From the NCBI GenBank assembly GCA_013265495.1, contig MU058463.1, forward strand, positions 3,827,037 through 3,891,036: DNA of 64,000 nt, in the 5' to 3' direction. The DNA is from Vicugna vicugna (taxonomy: Eukaryota). The position numbers were made by a program, and so were the translations under genes. How positions within the stretch are numbered: the stretch's first letter is position 1; each line of letters opens with the position of its first letter. Shown here piece after piece: positions 52,891 through 64,000 of this stretch. The notes under the pieces were generated by a model that had not been told where the DNA came from, searched no databases, and saw nothing but the letters and a program-made list of their open reading frames with translations.

Positions 52891-55800
52891 CCCGTCCAGG
52901 TTACGTGATCCATCTGCCTCACATATTGTTAATTGTTCAGGCAATAGCCATTTCCCTCTACTGACTTCATTGCTAAAAAAACACCCATGTGCTTAGGGGA
53001 CTTGGGTCCTTCTCCAGCCTTGGGGGTCAGGGATCATGATTAGTCTCTAAGCCATTCACCCTACCAACATCCTTCCTGTTACCTGGCTTAGGAAGGACAC
53101 ACATGTGTCACAATTCAGGCCAATAAATCTCAGAGAGGTTTGCTCTTGTAATAATGTGAATGTGCTAGTTCGTTTAATTACTGCTGTAATGGTGAACATT
53201 AAGCTGATGACAAACATCTTTTTGAATGTAGGGGGTTCTGTTTTGTTCCATTTTTTGTTGATTAGACAGAATTCTGGAGGGTATCCTTTCAGGAATGCTT
53301 TTCTACTCCCATCTGCATTTCACCAACAAATTCTGGATAACTTTAAAAAAAAAATGGGAGGGAGATTTACTGGATGAATACTGAGGCATTTCACAGGCTC
53401 AGAAGGGGACAACAAAACCACATGAAGGCAAGGGCAAAGGTAACGAGGTAGCAAACCTCAGAGCAAGAGTTCACAGGCCTTATCTCTGAGCACTGCCATT
53501 AACAGAGCACGCCTCCGATCAGACCAGCCTGGGCTTCTATCTTACCAACTTCAAACTGTCAGAAGAGAGTATGATTGGGCCCAGCTTGTGTCAACTGTCC
53601 ACCTACACTGGATCGATGAACTCTGGCTGGAGTGGCAGTGTCACACAGTATAGGCACGGCCACTAGAAGCCCACTCCTGTGTTTTGATGCGTTCCCCAAA
53701 AAAGGGAAACTACTGTGAGCAAAGCGGCCACCCCAGATAACAACTCCTTCAGATAGGTACAGAAGACACCGTCCATCAATCGTGGGAGAGCAAGGGAAGG
53801 GGTAATTTCAGGGGTCAATTCTGTTAACAAATATTTTCATGTAGGCTTTTATTTATATTTATTGTTTATTTTATGTTCCTGTATATATTGCTGCATTATC
53901 CATATTTATATGTAATTTAACTTTTATTACATAAATTTTCAAACACATAGAAGTAGAGAAAAAAATACAATCACCCCTCAATGTCCCTATCACCCAAATT
54001 TAATAATTACCAATATTTTACTGTTCTTATTTTATTTCCTCTGTATCCAAAAACCTGTTTCCTGGGGTATTTTAAAATAAATGCCATATATCATATTTCA
54101 CCCTATAAATATTTCATTATAAATCTGTATTAAGTAAGGAATTTAAAAACCATAATCATGATATCATTATCATACTAAAGTAATAGTAATTCCTTAACAT
54201 GAGATGATATCCAGTTCTATAATACTTGCTTCCTGCTATAAAAGACCTTATAATCTAGAAGGACTGATAAAACCTTTACTTAAATAACCAAGAGAAACAA
54301 ACACCACAAGAAAAGCAGAGTGAGTGTCATGTGATGTTCAGAGGAGGGAGATGGTAGTGGAGACTGAAGAAGTCGAATATATATTAGAACACAATCAGGA
54401 GCTCAGAAACAAGTGTGTGACCAAGAAAAAAAAAAAAAAAAAACAAGGGGATAACTGGAAGCTGAGAAAGTGGAAGACTTAAAATTCAAATCAGCACCTG
54501 GGACTGAAGGACTGAAGTACCTGAAGGAGCAGTGGAAAGTCAAAGCGCCCAGTACACTCCAGGATCACAGGAACGGAGGACACAGAGCAAGGAACAAAGA
54601 CCCAGCTGTCCTGGTCTCAACTGAGGGGCAAGTGCAAATCCTCAGTGAATGGCCCATTGGCTACAAGTGATGAAACCAAGAAGGTCTTGAAGACACTCAG
54701 CTAGGATGCACTGGTCCAGCAGAATCTTGTTGTTTACTGCTGGCATTGCTTCTGATTGTATATACTGATGCATGAGTTGTTAAATATTTGAACATCACCC
54801 CTGATTACAAGAATTATTTCCCTGACGTTGCTTTTACCGAAAGTATCCTTAGTGCCTAGTCCAGTGCCTGAAACAGAGAAGACACTCGAATATACTCTGA
54901 TAGAACAGATGAATGCATAAATTATAGATCTCTGCTCAGATACTTTATTAGCCATTTTTAAAGTTATATAGAAGAATCTCATTCTCTTGTGTTTTTGGAG
55001 CTCATACTATGAGAGCTTCCAGCTATGTTAAGAGATTTCTTCATTAACTCAGGTGTAAGTTGCCACCAAGAGAGAAATGAAGAAAGTACATTCTAGAGAA
55101 ATTTTTTTAATAAGCTTCAAAAAAGCATACATTTCCTAGTACTAATTAGAGAACAACCTTAAAAGAGAATTTAAGATTATTGCCAAAGAAACATTTGTAT
55201 CAATTAAATATTTATCTTATTTGCAAAAGCATAAGTGTAGACATCATACATCATAATATAAAATATCTGATGAATGAGTGCCCTTAACTGAAGGAGAAAG
55301 TTTGTAAACCTTTTAAAGAAGAAAACCTCTTAACAGTATTAATATATTAGAAGTAACTTATTCTTCCATAAATCAAGAACTTCTTAAAAATCATATATTT
55401 CTGACATTTTTAATAGTACTGTGATCTTTCTTATTACTCTCTGACTCTGGAGAAAAAAGTGGAATCATTTATTAGTCACAAAAACATTTAATTCACTTGC
55501 TCATCTACATAACTACCCTGATAGTCGAAGGGGTTCCTGAACAAGTTTTATCTTGAGTCAACAGAGCTCCTAAAACAATATGTTAGAATGAACAAGCATG
55601 GTTCATAATGGATCATTGGATCACTGGATCATTGGGCAGGAACCATTCCTGTTACATAAACAAGCTTATAGAAGTGCAGTGCTGAGTAAGAAATTTGGTT
55701 TGCTCCACAAATCACTGGAGGTCATAACATAAAAGTATACGCAGTCTCCTCAAGCACCCATCTCAGAAGGTTTTATGTCTGAGTTTTTCTTTTGTTTTGT

Positions 55801-55914
55801 TTTTCTTTTTGTGAAATAAATATTCACATTGAATTAGAAAACACTTCATTCTACAATAACAAACATTAAATGCAAATTGTGATTTCCAGAGTTACTCAGA
55901 AAATTAAGGCACAA

Positions 55915-56368
55915 CATATATCAGTTACAATCCCAGCAGAAGATAGGTAAGTAAGGGGAAGATTTAATGAAGAAATCTTTAGAAAGGGTGGGCAAATTTA
56001 AAGAAATCAACAAGTAAGAATGAAGCATCCCAAAGCTAAAATAATTGGGAGTCATGACCATCCCTACATCTGAAGGAGCAAGGGATTACTAGAACCTAAA
56101 GAAGGTTGCAGCTAAGAAGAAGGAGGCTGAGAAGAAGCTGTGGACTCAGGTATAAAAAAGCAATCACGAGGCCCTGCAGAGAGGGAGATGAGCGAATAAA
56201 TTCCCTAACCTCATTCCTTCTATCCTTCAGATTTCCTTCCAGTGCCTCCTATTGGCTGAACCTGAGTAGAAGCCAGACGGTAAGGGAGCAAATTAATACA
56301 ATCCATAAAGATGATTCAGAGTAGGGTGGACAGTAGGTCTGGAAAGGCAATGGGAATTATCCAACACA
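55915..56368 (-). mobile_element. Old ERVL LTR (LTR40/LTR41-like)
   Basis: gtgcctcctattggctgaacc..gaagccaga..aagggagc; gggtggacagtaggtctggaaaggcaatgggaattatccaacaca resembles the reverse of an ERVL LTR 5' end. Left boundary approximate. Confidence 0.6.
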
Positions 56369-59025
56369 CATTCCCTTCCATCATTATAACTCCAGTTTCA
56401 CGAACCTTATATTTTTCAGCAGTATCTCTCATCCCCATGATGGTCAAATCAAGAAGCAATCTAATAGGCATTCAGGAAGTACTATCTAGATAGCTCTATT
56501 TAGATCCTAGCACTATATTGAAGTCTTTTAGGAAAACTATAAAGAAGAATAGACGTGGATTCTTTCCCCAAGATAAAGACTGGAGTAAATGGAAGCAAGA
56601 TAATATATACAACAAGTTATAGATCATAGAAAAAAACTGAAGATTTAGCATCAGGAAAGATGAGACATCTCCTCTAAGGCAGTTTTCAGAAGGTTGTGTG
56701 CACAAGTTACAGTTTTTTTGCAATTTTTATAGATAATGCAGAAAAGAAAGTTGAAGAATAAAGATGTTTTTTGGGTGGAGTGACAGGAAACTAACATCCT
56801 TAGAAACACTCTAGTAGCAACCTGGAACTTTGCCCAGCCTATTTTGCTGGGTAACCTGTTCCAGGAGAGAAAAGGAGACTAAAGAAAGAGAAATTGCCTA
56901 TTCTTTTCATCCGCTGAACATGTACATTTCTCTGAAGAGCAAAGACGAACAGTAATAATAGCTGTTTTCAACATGTTTAGGGCTGTTGCAATAAAAGCCA
57001 AACCCAGCATCAGCTGGTAAAGGCTATTCCCTCTACCTGAAATGCTTTCTCTATTTCCTCAACATGCAAACTCCTATTAATTCCTTAAGACTCCACTCAA
57101 CCATAACTCTACTTAGCATTTTCTGAGTATTCCAGGCAAAGCCAGACCCTTCTCTGAACTTTAACCTCTAAAATGACTAAAAAGAGTTACTTTTCAACAG
57201 TATCCTGGTTCATATAATTAATTTTGAAGAAGCTACCTAATATTTTCTTCCACTATCTCATTCCAGTATAAACATTTCATAAAAGACACATATCACTTAC
57301 TTTGTTCAGGACCAAAAGCATTGCCCAGAGAGATCTTTTCATGGTTAATAAAATTTTCTAGAAGAGAAAAGTAAGAATTTGCAATAACTATTGTACGTTG
57401 TAAGACAATAACTCTAAATTTGAATGTATGAAAACTTTTAATATAGCATTGAAAGAAAAACCCTCATTTCCCATTAAATATCTCATCCTTTGTTGAATAA
57501 AAAGCTATTACCCAATCGCCATTCATTTATCCTTTATAGATTTTTCATAGCAATAATTAAGGTTGTCTTTTTTTCTTCTCTTAAGCATAACCATGGGATC
57601 AAATGACTTCGTAACTTAACAAGCCATCGTTGAGCCTGGTTAATTTTGAGAGAGGAAACAGAAGTACTTATAGATACTCAATAAATGTCTTTTTACTTGA
57701 AAAATTATTTGAAAACTAACCACGATGAAACTGAGGAAAGTCTGTTCTGGAACTTCATAGAGAAAAAGAACCTAAATGGAATGAAAAGCCCAATAAAATT
57801 GGTATAAATTATGAAGAAGCAATAGCTTTAATTTCAAATTCCCACGTAGGATTCTAAAACGCATGATCATTTGGAATCCGAAAATAGCTGGAGATGAGAG
57901 ACAAGGTGAAATAGCTACAACTTCATTCAATTTTCCATTTGAATTGAGTATATGTCTGATTTGAGTACAGAATTGTCCACTTAAAGCAGATACATAGCCA
58001 CAACTTTCAAAAATTTTTGGAAAGAAATCAGCTATTCATTCATTTGTCAAAGATTTAAAAAGTGTCTGGTCTGGACCAGACACTGTACTATGTCTGTCTG
58101 TCTGTCTGTCTCTCTTTGCTGGTATAATACAGTGAGTAATATAAACATATTGTTAAAATTATACATGCTATATGCTGAAAGGGGAAGTGACGAGTTGGCA
58201 TTTATTAATGGGCTAGGCACATTGTATGCAGAATCCGATTTAGTCTTTACAATGACTCTATGAGCTTGGCATTATTCATCTAATTTTATATATGGGAAAC
58301 TAAAGTAAAGCCACTGTTGGGCACCATGCCTGGGGTTGGGAGCAGAGTGTGAGCTGGGAGCAATGGATTTTGTGTGGCAGAGCCAGGTCTGTCTTCATAA
58401 ACAAAATGAACAGAGTTGGGCAGGCTTAGAAGGGACAGGGAATTCCAGGAAAAGGAATAAAAATGGGATCCACTTTTTACAAACATTTAAGACCACAGCT
58501 CATCTGGGGAAGGCAGGGAAGACCAATCTCTAAGGCTAGGGCGTGGGAGGAAGTGGCAGCTGGTGCAAACGGCAAGTGAGTTTGGGTCAAATTGTAAAAC
58601 TTTAAGAGGCATTTTCATAGCCATGCTGGCAACGAGCATAATGGTATATTATGTACTCAAAATCAGATTTCAGAAAATAATGGAAAGATTACAAAATATT
58701 AAGATAAAAATATTGATGTGTCCTACAAAGACCAAACCTTTCATTTAAAGAAAACCAAATAGCAGGCTTCTCTAATGCCAAGGAAGTTATTGGTATGCAA
58801 ATTGCTGCTGTGTTTCTGTTAATTGGGGTTTGTTCTCAATGAAAGAGAAAAGTTTTTATCTTTAAAAATGGAAATTAAGCCAATTTTAAAATAAACAATA
58901 AAATGCAACAAAATTGCAAAGTGTTTTTCTATAATTAGCACTTTTCAGTGACCCCATTTTCCACGTTGTCAGTATGCAGCATTCTCATAATTTGTAGTTA
59001 TTTTTTGTCATTCAATAATATTCAA

Positions 59026-59161
59026 GGTTGGAGGGTATAGCTCAAGTGGTAGAGTGCATGCTTAGCATGCACAAGGTTCTGAATTCAATCCCCAGTACCT
59101 CCTCTGAGAATAAAAAGTAAACAAACCTAATTACCTCTCCCCTCCAAAAAAACCCAAGAAT
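59026..59161 (+). mobile_element. tRNA-Ala(AGC)-derived SINE (camelid Vic-1 type)
   Basis: tRNA head gagggtatagctcaagtggtagagtgcatgcttagcatgcacaaggttctgaattcaatccccagtacctcc (A box, AGC anticodon arm, degenerate B box); tail aaacctaattacctctcccc followed by an A-rich tract; TSD AATAATATTCAA (59014-59025) / AATAATAGTCAA (59162-59173). Confidence 0.9.
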
Positions 59162-59534
59162 AATAATAGTCAATAATTTAGTAACTTTTGTCTTTCAGTA
59201 ATAATAGATATTCCACCATTGGTTAAAACTTGTACAAAAAGCAAACAAAAGTCCACATGCAAGATAAGTAAGCATTAACACTTTAAGAAACCCCTCCCAA
59301 GCTGAAATGAAAGGCTAGGATTAAAAGAAAAACTCCTGGCTGATTGGATCTAGAGTTAGTTCTGGAACCTAAGCTGGGTATTTAAGACAAACTTTGGGAG
59401 TCTCTGAAATTTTCCTCATGCTCAACAATATCATTCTAGTCTCTGTGGCTACTAATCAAAACATTTTTGCAATGGGAATAACTTTATTTTTACTTGCTAA
59501 CCATTAACATTATAGCTTATTTTTCCTGGTATGT

Positions 59535-60232
59535 CATTTTTAATTAAGATACAATTCATACACCAAAAGAAAGCATTTAAAAATGTACAATTTAGTGATT
59601 TTTAGTACTGACAGCTGTATGACTATCACCGCTACCCATTAGCGACCACTCTCCAGTCCCTCCTCCTCCTAGCCCCTGGCAACCACTAGCCTACTTTCTG
59701 CATCTATGGATTTGCCCATTCTGGACATTTCATATAAATAGGGTCATACAATATGTGGCCTTTTGTACCTAATTTCTTTCACTTAGCATAATATTTTCAA
59801 GGATTATCTGTATTGAAGCACAAATCAGTACTTCATTCCTTTTTATGGCCGAATAATGTTTCATTGTGTGGATAGACTGCATTTTGTTAATTTATTCATC
59901 AGTTAGTAGACATTTGGATTGTTTCCACTTTTTTGAATTATAAACACTGTTGCTATGAACATTTGTGTACAAGGTTTCTTGTGAACATATGTTTTCAATT
60001 CTCTTAGGTATATACGTAGGAATGGAATTGCTGGGTCATGTGGTAGCTCTATGGTAAACTTTCTGAGGACTATAAAACTAATTTCCATTTTACATTCCCA
60101 TCAGCAATGTATGAGGGTCCCAATTTCTTTACAATCTCACTGACATCTATTACTTTTAAAACATTGTTATGATAGCCATTCTAGTGGATATGAAGTGATT
60201 TTAATTTGTACTCTCTGAAGACTAATGATGTC
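59535..60232 (-). mobile_element. LINE-1 3' end (L1MB-like)
   Basis: cctagcccctggcaaccactagcctactttctgcatctatggatttgcccattctggacatttcatataaat; ORF track 59903..60088 gives ORF2-like IELPHDPAIP..KTYVHKKPCTQMFIA. Confidence 0.9.
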
Positions 60233-60234
60233 AT

Positions 60235-60769
60235 TTAAAATAACAACAATGAAATTAGGAAAATATTATCTCTGTGAAAAAATAGCAATAATAAATGCTT
60301 TCTATGTTTACATAAATAACATATTTCCCAAAACTGAAAAATGAGAAGAGTAGTGCTGTTTTACACTTTGTCAGATCTGCTTAACATCTGGCTTAAATTG
60401 GAAAAGGGTTGGATTCTCATGTCTGCTTCCACATTTAATCTGTTGTGATATGCTGTGGGTAAAGTATATGAAGAAAATTCAGTCTAAGATACGAAGTTGG
60501 AAAAGGGAGGAGTATTTTAATAGTCTTTTCAGAAAACTGTGGATATTCTTTAATTGATAACTATATCAAAACTGTGTAGTGATAGTTTTTAAGAGGTTAG
60601 ATGCAATACAGAATTTAAAACCATACCAGTGTATTTTTCATTCTCTGTTACATTAAAATCTATAGGTGTATCTTACACTTTGAATAGATTTCTTGCCCAT
60701 GATTTTGTAACATCCTTCATTGGTCATTTGGCAATTATTGGTTTACTGAGTTACATGGATCTTCCAAAA
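60235..60769. mobile_element. hAT Charlie1-like DNA transposon internal fragment
   Basis: tgagaagagtagtgctgttttacactttg..catctggcttaa..ggattctcatgtctgcttccacatttaatctgttgtgatatg..aagtatatgaagaaaatt; ends at ctgagttacatggatcttccaaa, where the L1 begins. Confidence 0.75.
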
Positions 60770-61542
60770 GTATTCTATCTTTAATTTTTGTCATTTTGGT
60801 TCCAATGTGTCTTGGTGTGTTCCTCTTTGGGTTGATCCTATATGGGCCTCTCTATGCTTCTTGAACTTGGGTGACTTTCTTTTCCCAGTTTAGGGACTTT
60901 TTCAGCTATTACCTCTTCAAATATGTTCTCGGGCCCTTTCTCTTTTCTTCTGTGGCCTCTATAATGAGAATAGTAGTGTGCTTGATGTTATCACAAAGGT
61001 CTCTTAAACTGTCCTCATTTTTTTTTCTTTTTTCTGTTCAGTGGCAGTGATTTCCACTACTTTGTCTTCCAGCTCACTGATACATTTTTCTGTATCATTT
61101 AGTCTATTATTTACTCCTTCTACTGTATTTCACTTCAGTTATTGTATTCTTCATCTCTGTTTGGTTGATCTTCATATTTTCTAGCTCTTTGTTAAAAACT
61201 TCTAATTTCTCACTCTGTGCATCTATCTATTCTCTTCCTGAGTTCTTTGATATCTTTACAATCATTACTCTGAATGCTTTCTGGAATAGATTGCCTCTCC
61301 ACTTCAGTTAGCACTTCTTCCGGGGTCTTATCTTGTTCCTTCATCTGAAACATATTCCTCTGCCACCTCATTTTGTCTACATTGCTGTTTGTATTTTTAT
61401 GTATGTGGTAAGTTAGTTATGTTTCTTGACCTTGGAGAAGTGGCTCTCTGTAGGAAGCATCCTATGAGTCCCGGCAGTGCACTCCCCTCTCATCACCCAA
61501 GCTGTATGTTCTAATGGTTCCCCTCTAAGAGTGTCCTTCTGT
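60770..61542 (-). mobile_element. Inverted 5' segment of a LINE-1 (end of 5'UTR plus ORF1 N-terminal part)
   Basis: Minus-strand ATG at 61371 gives MRWQRNMFQMKEQDKTPEE; the degenerate frame runs on to ..RINPKRNTPRHIGTKMTKIKD at ~60780. Confidence 0.9.
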
Positions 61543-62071
61543 GGAGTGGCACAATATATCTAAAGTGATAAAAGGGAAAACCTAAACCAAGAATACTCTA
61601 CCCAGCAAAGTTCTCATCCAGATTTGATGGAGAAATCAAAAGATTCACAAACAATCAAAAGCTAAAAGAATTCAGCACCACTAAATCAGCTCTACAACAG
61701 ATGTTAAAGGAACTTCTCTAGGTGAAAAAGAAGAGGCCACAACTAGAAACTACACAATTACAAAATGAAAAAGCTTGAAAGGCAAGCATACAGTAAAGAT
61801 AGGAAATTATTACACACAAATCTAGTAGGGAAGTTAAAGACAAAAGTAATAAAATCACCTATAACCACAATAAGCAGTTAAGTATGAAACAAAAAAATTA
61901 GATGCAAAATATGATATTGAAAACATTAATCATGAGGGGGGTTGAGTACAAATACAGGGTATTTAAAATGCATTAGAAATTAAGAGATCGCAACTTAAAA
62001 TAATCATGCATATATAGAGATTGTTATACAAAAACTTCATGGAAACCACAAAACAAAAATCTATAATAGAT

Positions 62072-62103
<32 letters not shown>

Positions 62104-64000
62104 AATCCAAACATAGCACTAAAGGTAGTCATCAAGTCACAAAAGAAGACAGCAAGAGAAGAAAAGGGAAAAAAAGACCCACAAAAACAAATCCAAACAA
62201 CTAACAAAATGGCAATAAGAATATACATATCAATAATTGCCTTAAATGTAAATGGACTAAATGCTCCAACCAAAAGACACAGGCTAACTGAATGGCTACA
62301 AAATCAAGACTTGTATATATGCTGCTTACAAGAGACTCACTTAATATCTAAAGACACATACAGACTGAAAGTAAGGGGATAGAAAAAGATATTCCACATA
62401 ATGGAAATCAAAAGAAAGCAGAGTAGCAATACTTAAATCAGACAAAACAGACTTTAAAATGAAGGCTGTTACAAGGGACAAAGGACACTACATAATGATT
62501 AAGGGATTAATCCAAGACAAAGATATAACAATTGTAAATATATATGCACCTAACATAGGAACACTTCAGTATAAAAGGCAAATATTAACAGACAAAATGG
62601 AGAAAAGGAGAAATCGACAATAATACAATAATAGTAGGGGACTTTAATACCCCACTTACAGATCATCCAGACAGAAATTCAGTAAGAAAATGCAGGCCTT
62701 AACACATTAGACCAAATAAACTTAAATGATATTTATAGAGTATTCCACCTGAAAGCAGGAGAAAGCACATTGTTTTCAAGTGTACATGAAACATTCTCCA
62801 GGATAGATCACATGCTAGGCCACAAAAAAAAGCCTCAGTAAATTTAACAAAATTTAAATCATATCAAGCATGTTTTCTGACTACAGTGCTATGAGACTAG
62901 AAATCAAACACAAGGGAAAAATGCAAAACACACAAACACATGGAGGCTAAACAATATGCTACTAATTAACCAATGGATCATTGAATACACCAAAAAGGAA
63001 ATCAACAATTAATTAAATACAAATGAAAATGTAAACATAACAATCCAAAACCTATGGGACGCAGCAAAGCAGTTCTAAGAGGGAAGTTTATAGTGATACA
63101 AGCTTCCTTCAAGAAACAAGAAAAATCTTAAATAAACAATCTAACCTTACACCTAAAGCAACTAGGAAAGAACAAACAAAACCCAAAGTTAGTAGAAGGA
63201 AAGAAATTATAAAGATCAGGGCAGAAATAAATGAAGTAGAGACTAAAAAAGAATTTAAAAGGTCAATGAAACTAAAAGCCGATTCTTTGAAAAGATAAAC
63301 AAAGTTGATAAACCTTTGGTCAGGTTCATCAAGTAAAAAAGAAGGCCCAAATCAATAAAATCATAAATGAAAAAGGAAAAGTTATAATCAACACCACAGA
63401 GATATAAAGGAACGTAAGAGACTACTACAAACAACTATACACCAATAAAATGAACACCCTAGAAGAAATGGACAAATTCTTAGAAAGGAAAAATCTCACA
63501 AGAGTAAACCAGGAAGACATAGGAAATATGAACAGATCAATTACCAGTACTGAAACTGAATCAGTAATTTTTAAACTCCCAACAAACAAAAGTCCAGGAC
63601 CAGATGACTTCACAGGTGAATTCTACCAAACATGTAAAGAGTAGTTAATGCTGATCCTTCTGAAACTATTCCAGAAAAGTGCAGAGGAAGGAATACATCC
63701 AAACTCATTCCATGATTCCAACACCTTGATAGCAAAACCAGACAAATATAACACAAAAAAGAAAATTACAGGCCAATACCACTGATGACATAGATACACA
63801 AATCCTCAATAAAATACTAGCAAACCAATTCCAACAATACATTATAAGGATAATACACCATGATCAAGTGGGATTTATCCCAGGTATGTAAGGATTTTTT
63901 TCAGTATCTGTAAATCAATCAGTGTGATACAGCACATTAACAAATTGAAGACTAAAAACCATATGATCATCTCAATAGATGCAGAAAAGCTTTTGATACA
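61543..64000 (+). mobile_element. LINE-1 sense segment: ORF1 C-terminus, ~490-bp spacer, decayed ORF2 (endonuclease to start of RT); runs off the window
   Basis: EWHNISKV..PRILYPAKFSSRFDGEIK..MLKELL* (stop 61719-61721); ORF2 ATG at 62209: [60 protein letters not shown]; multiple stops and frameshifts. Confidence 0.95.
62072..62098. repeat. (AC)13 microsatellite inside the L1 inter-ORF spacer
   Basis: Directly visible. Confidence 0.95.

Noticed and set aside
59030..59102. tRNA-Ala(AGC) gene
   Set aside because: The B box/T arm is mutated, and the SINE tail, A-rich end and TSD show it is a retroposed SINE.
1..64000. CRISPR arrays, operons or other prokaryotic/viral systems; CpG-island promoter
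   Set aside because: The DNA is mammalian and repeat-rich, with no repeat-spacer arrays, no dense ORFs, no retroviral coding remnants that I could recognise, and no extended CpG-rich region.

Overview
AT-rich, CpG-poor mammalian non-coding DNA (intergenic or deep intronic). It is very probably from a camelid, judging by a tRNA-Ala-derived Vic-1-type SINE at 59026-59161. I could not support any host protein-coding exon, RNA gene or CpG island. The only recognisable protein homology is to LINE-1 ORF1/ORF2; the other ORF-track entries look like chance ORFs in repeats or AT-rich DNA. The window is a layered transposable-element record: ancient MIR/L2/L1M, MaLR and ERVL LTRs, hAT and Tigger DNA transposons, and younger cetartiodactyl/camelid L1, ERV1-type solo LTRs and a SINE, several with readable target-site duplications (TSDs). 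The most notable structures are: (i) a large 5'-inverted L1 with twin-priming geometry at 60770-64000; (ii) a young 5'-truncated L1 with a perfect 14-bp TSD and an unbroken ORF2 C-terminus; (iii) a CpG-retaining solo LTR with a perfect TSD next to a second solo LTR; (iv) candidate regulatory palindromes near 22.3-22.9 kb; (v) possible minus-strand non-coding exons. I found no convincing previously undescribed biological system. Repeat family names come from my recall of consensus sequences, not from a database search, and the boundaries of old repeats are approximate.
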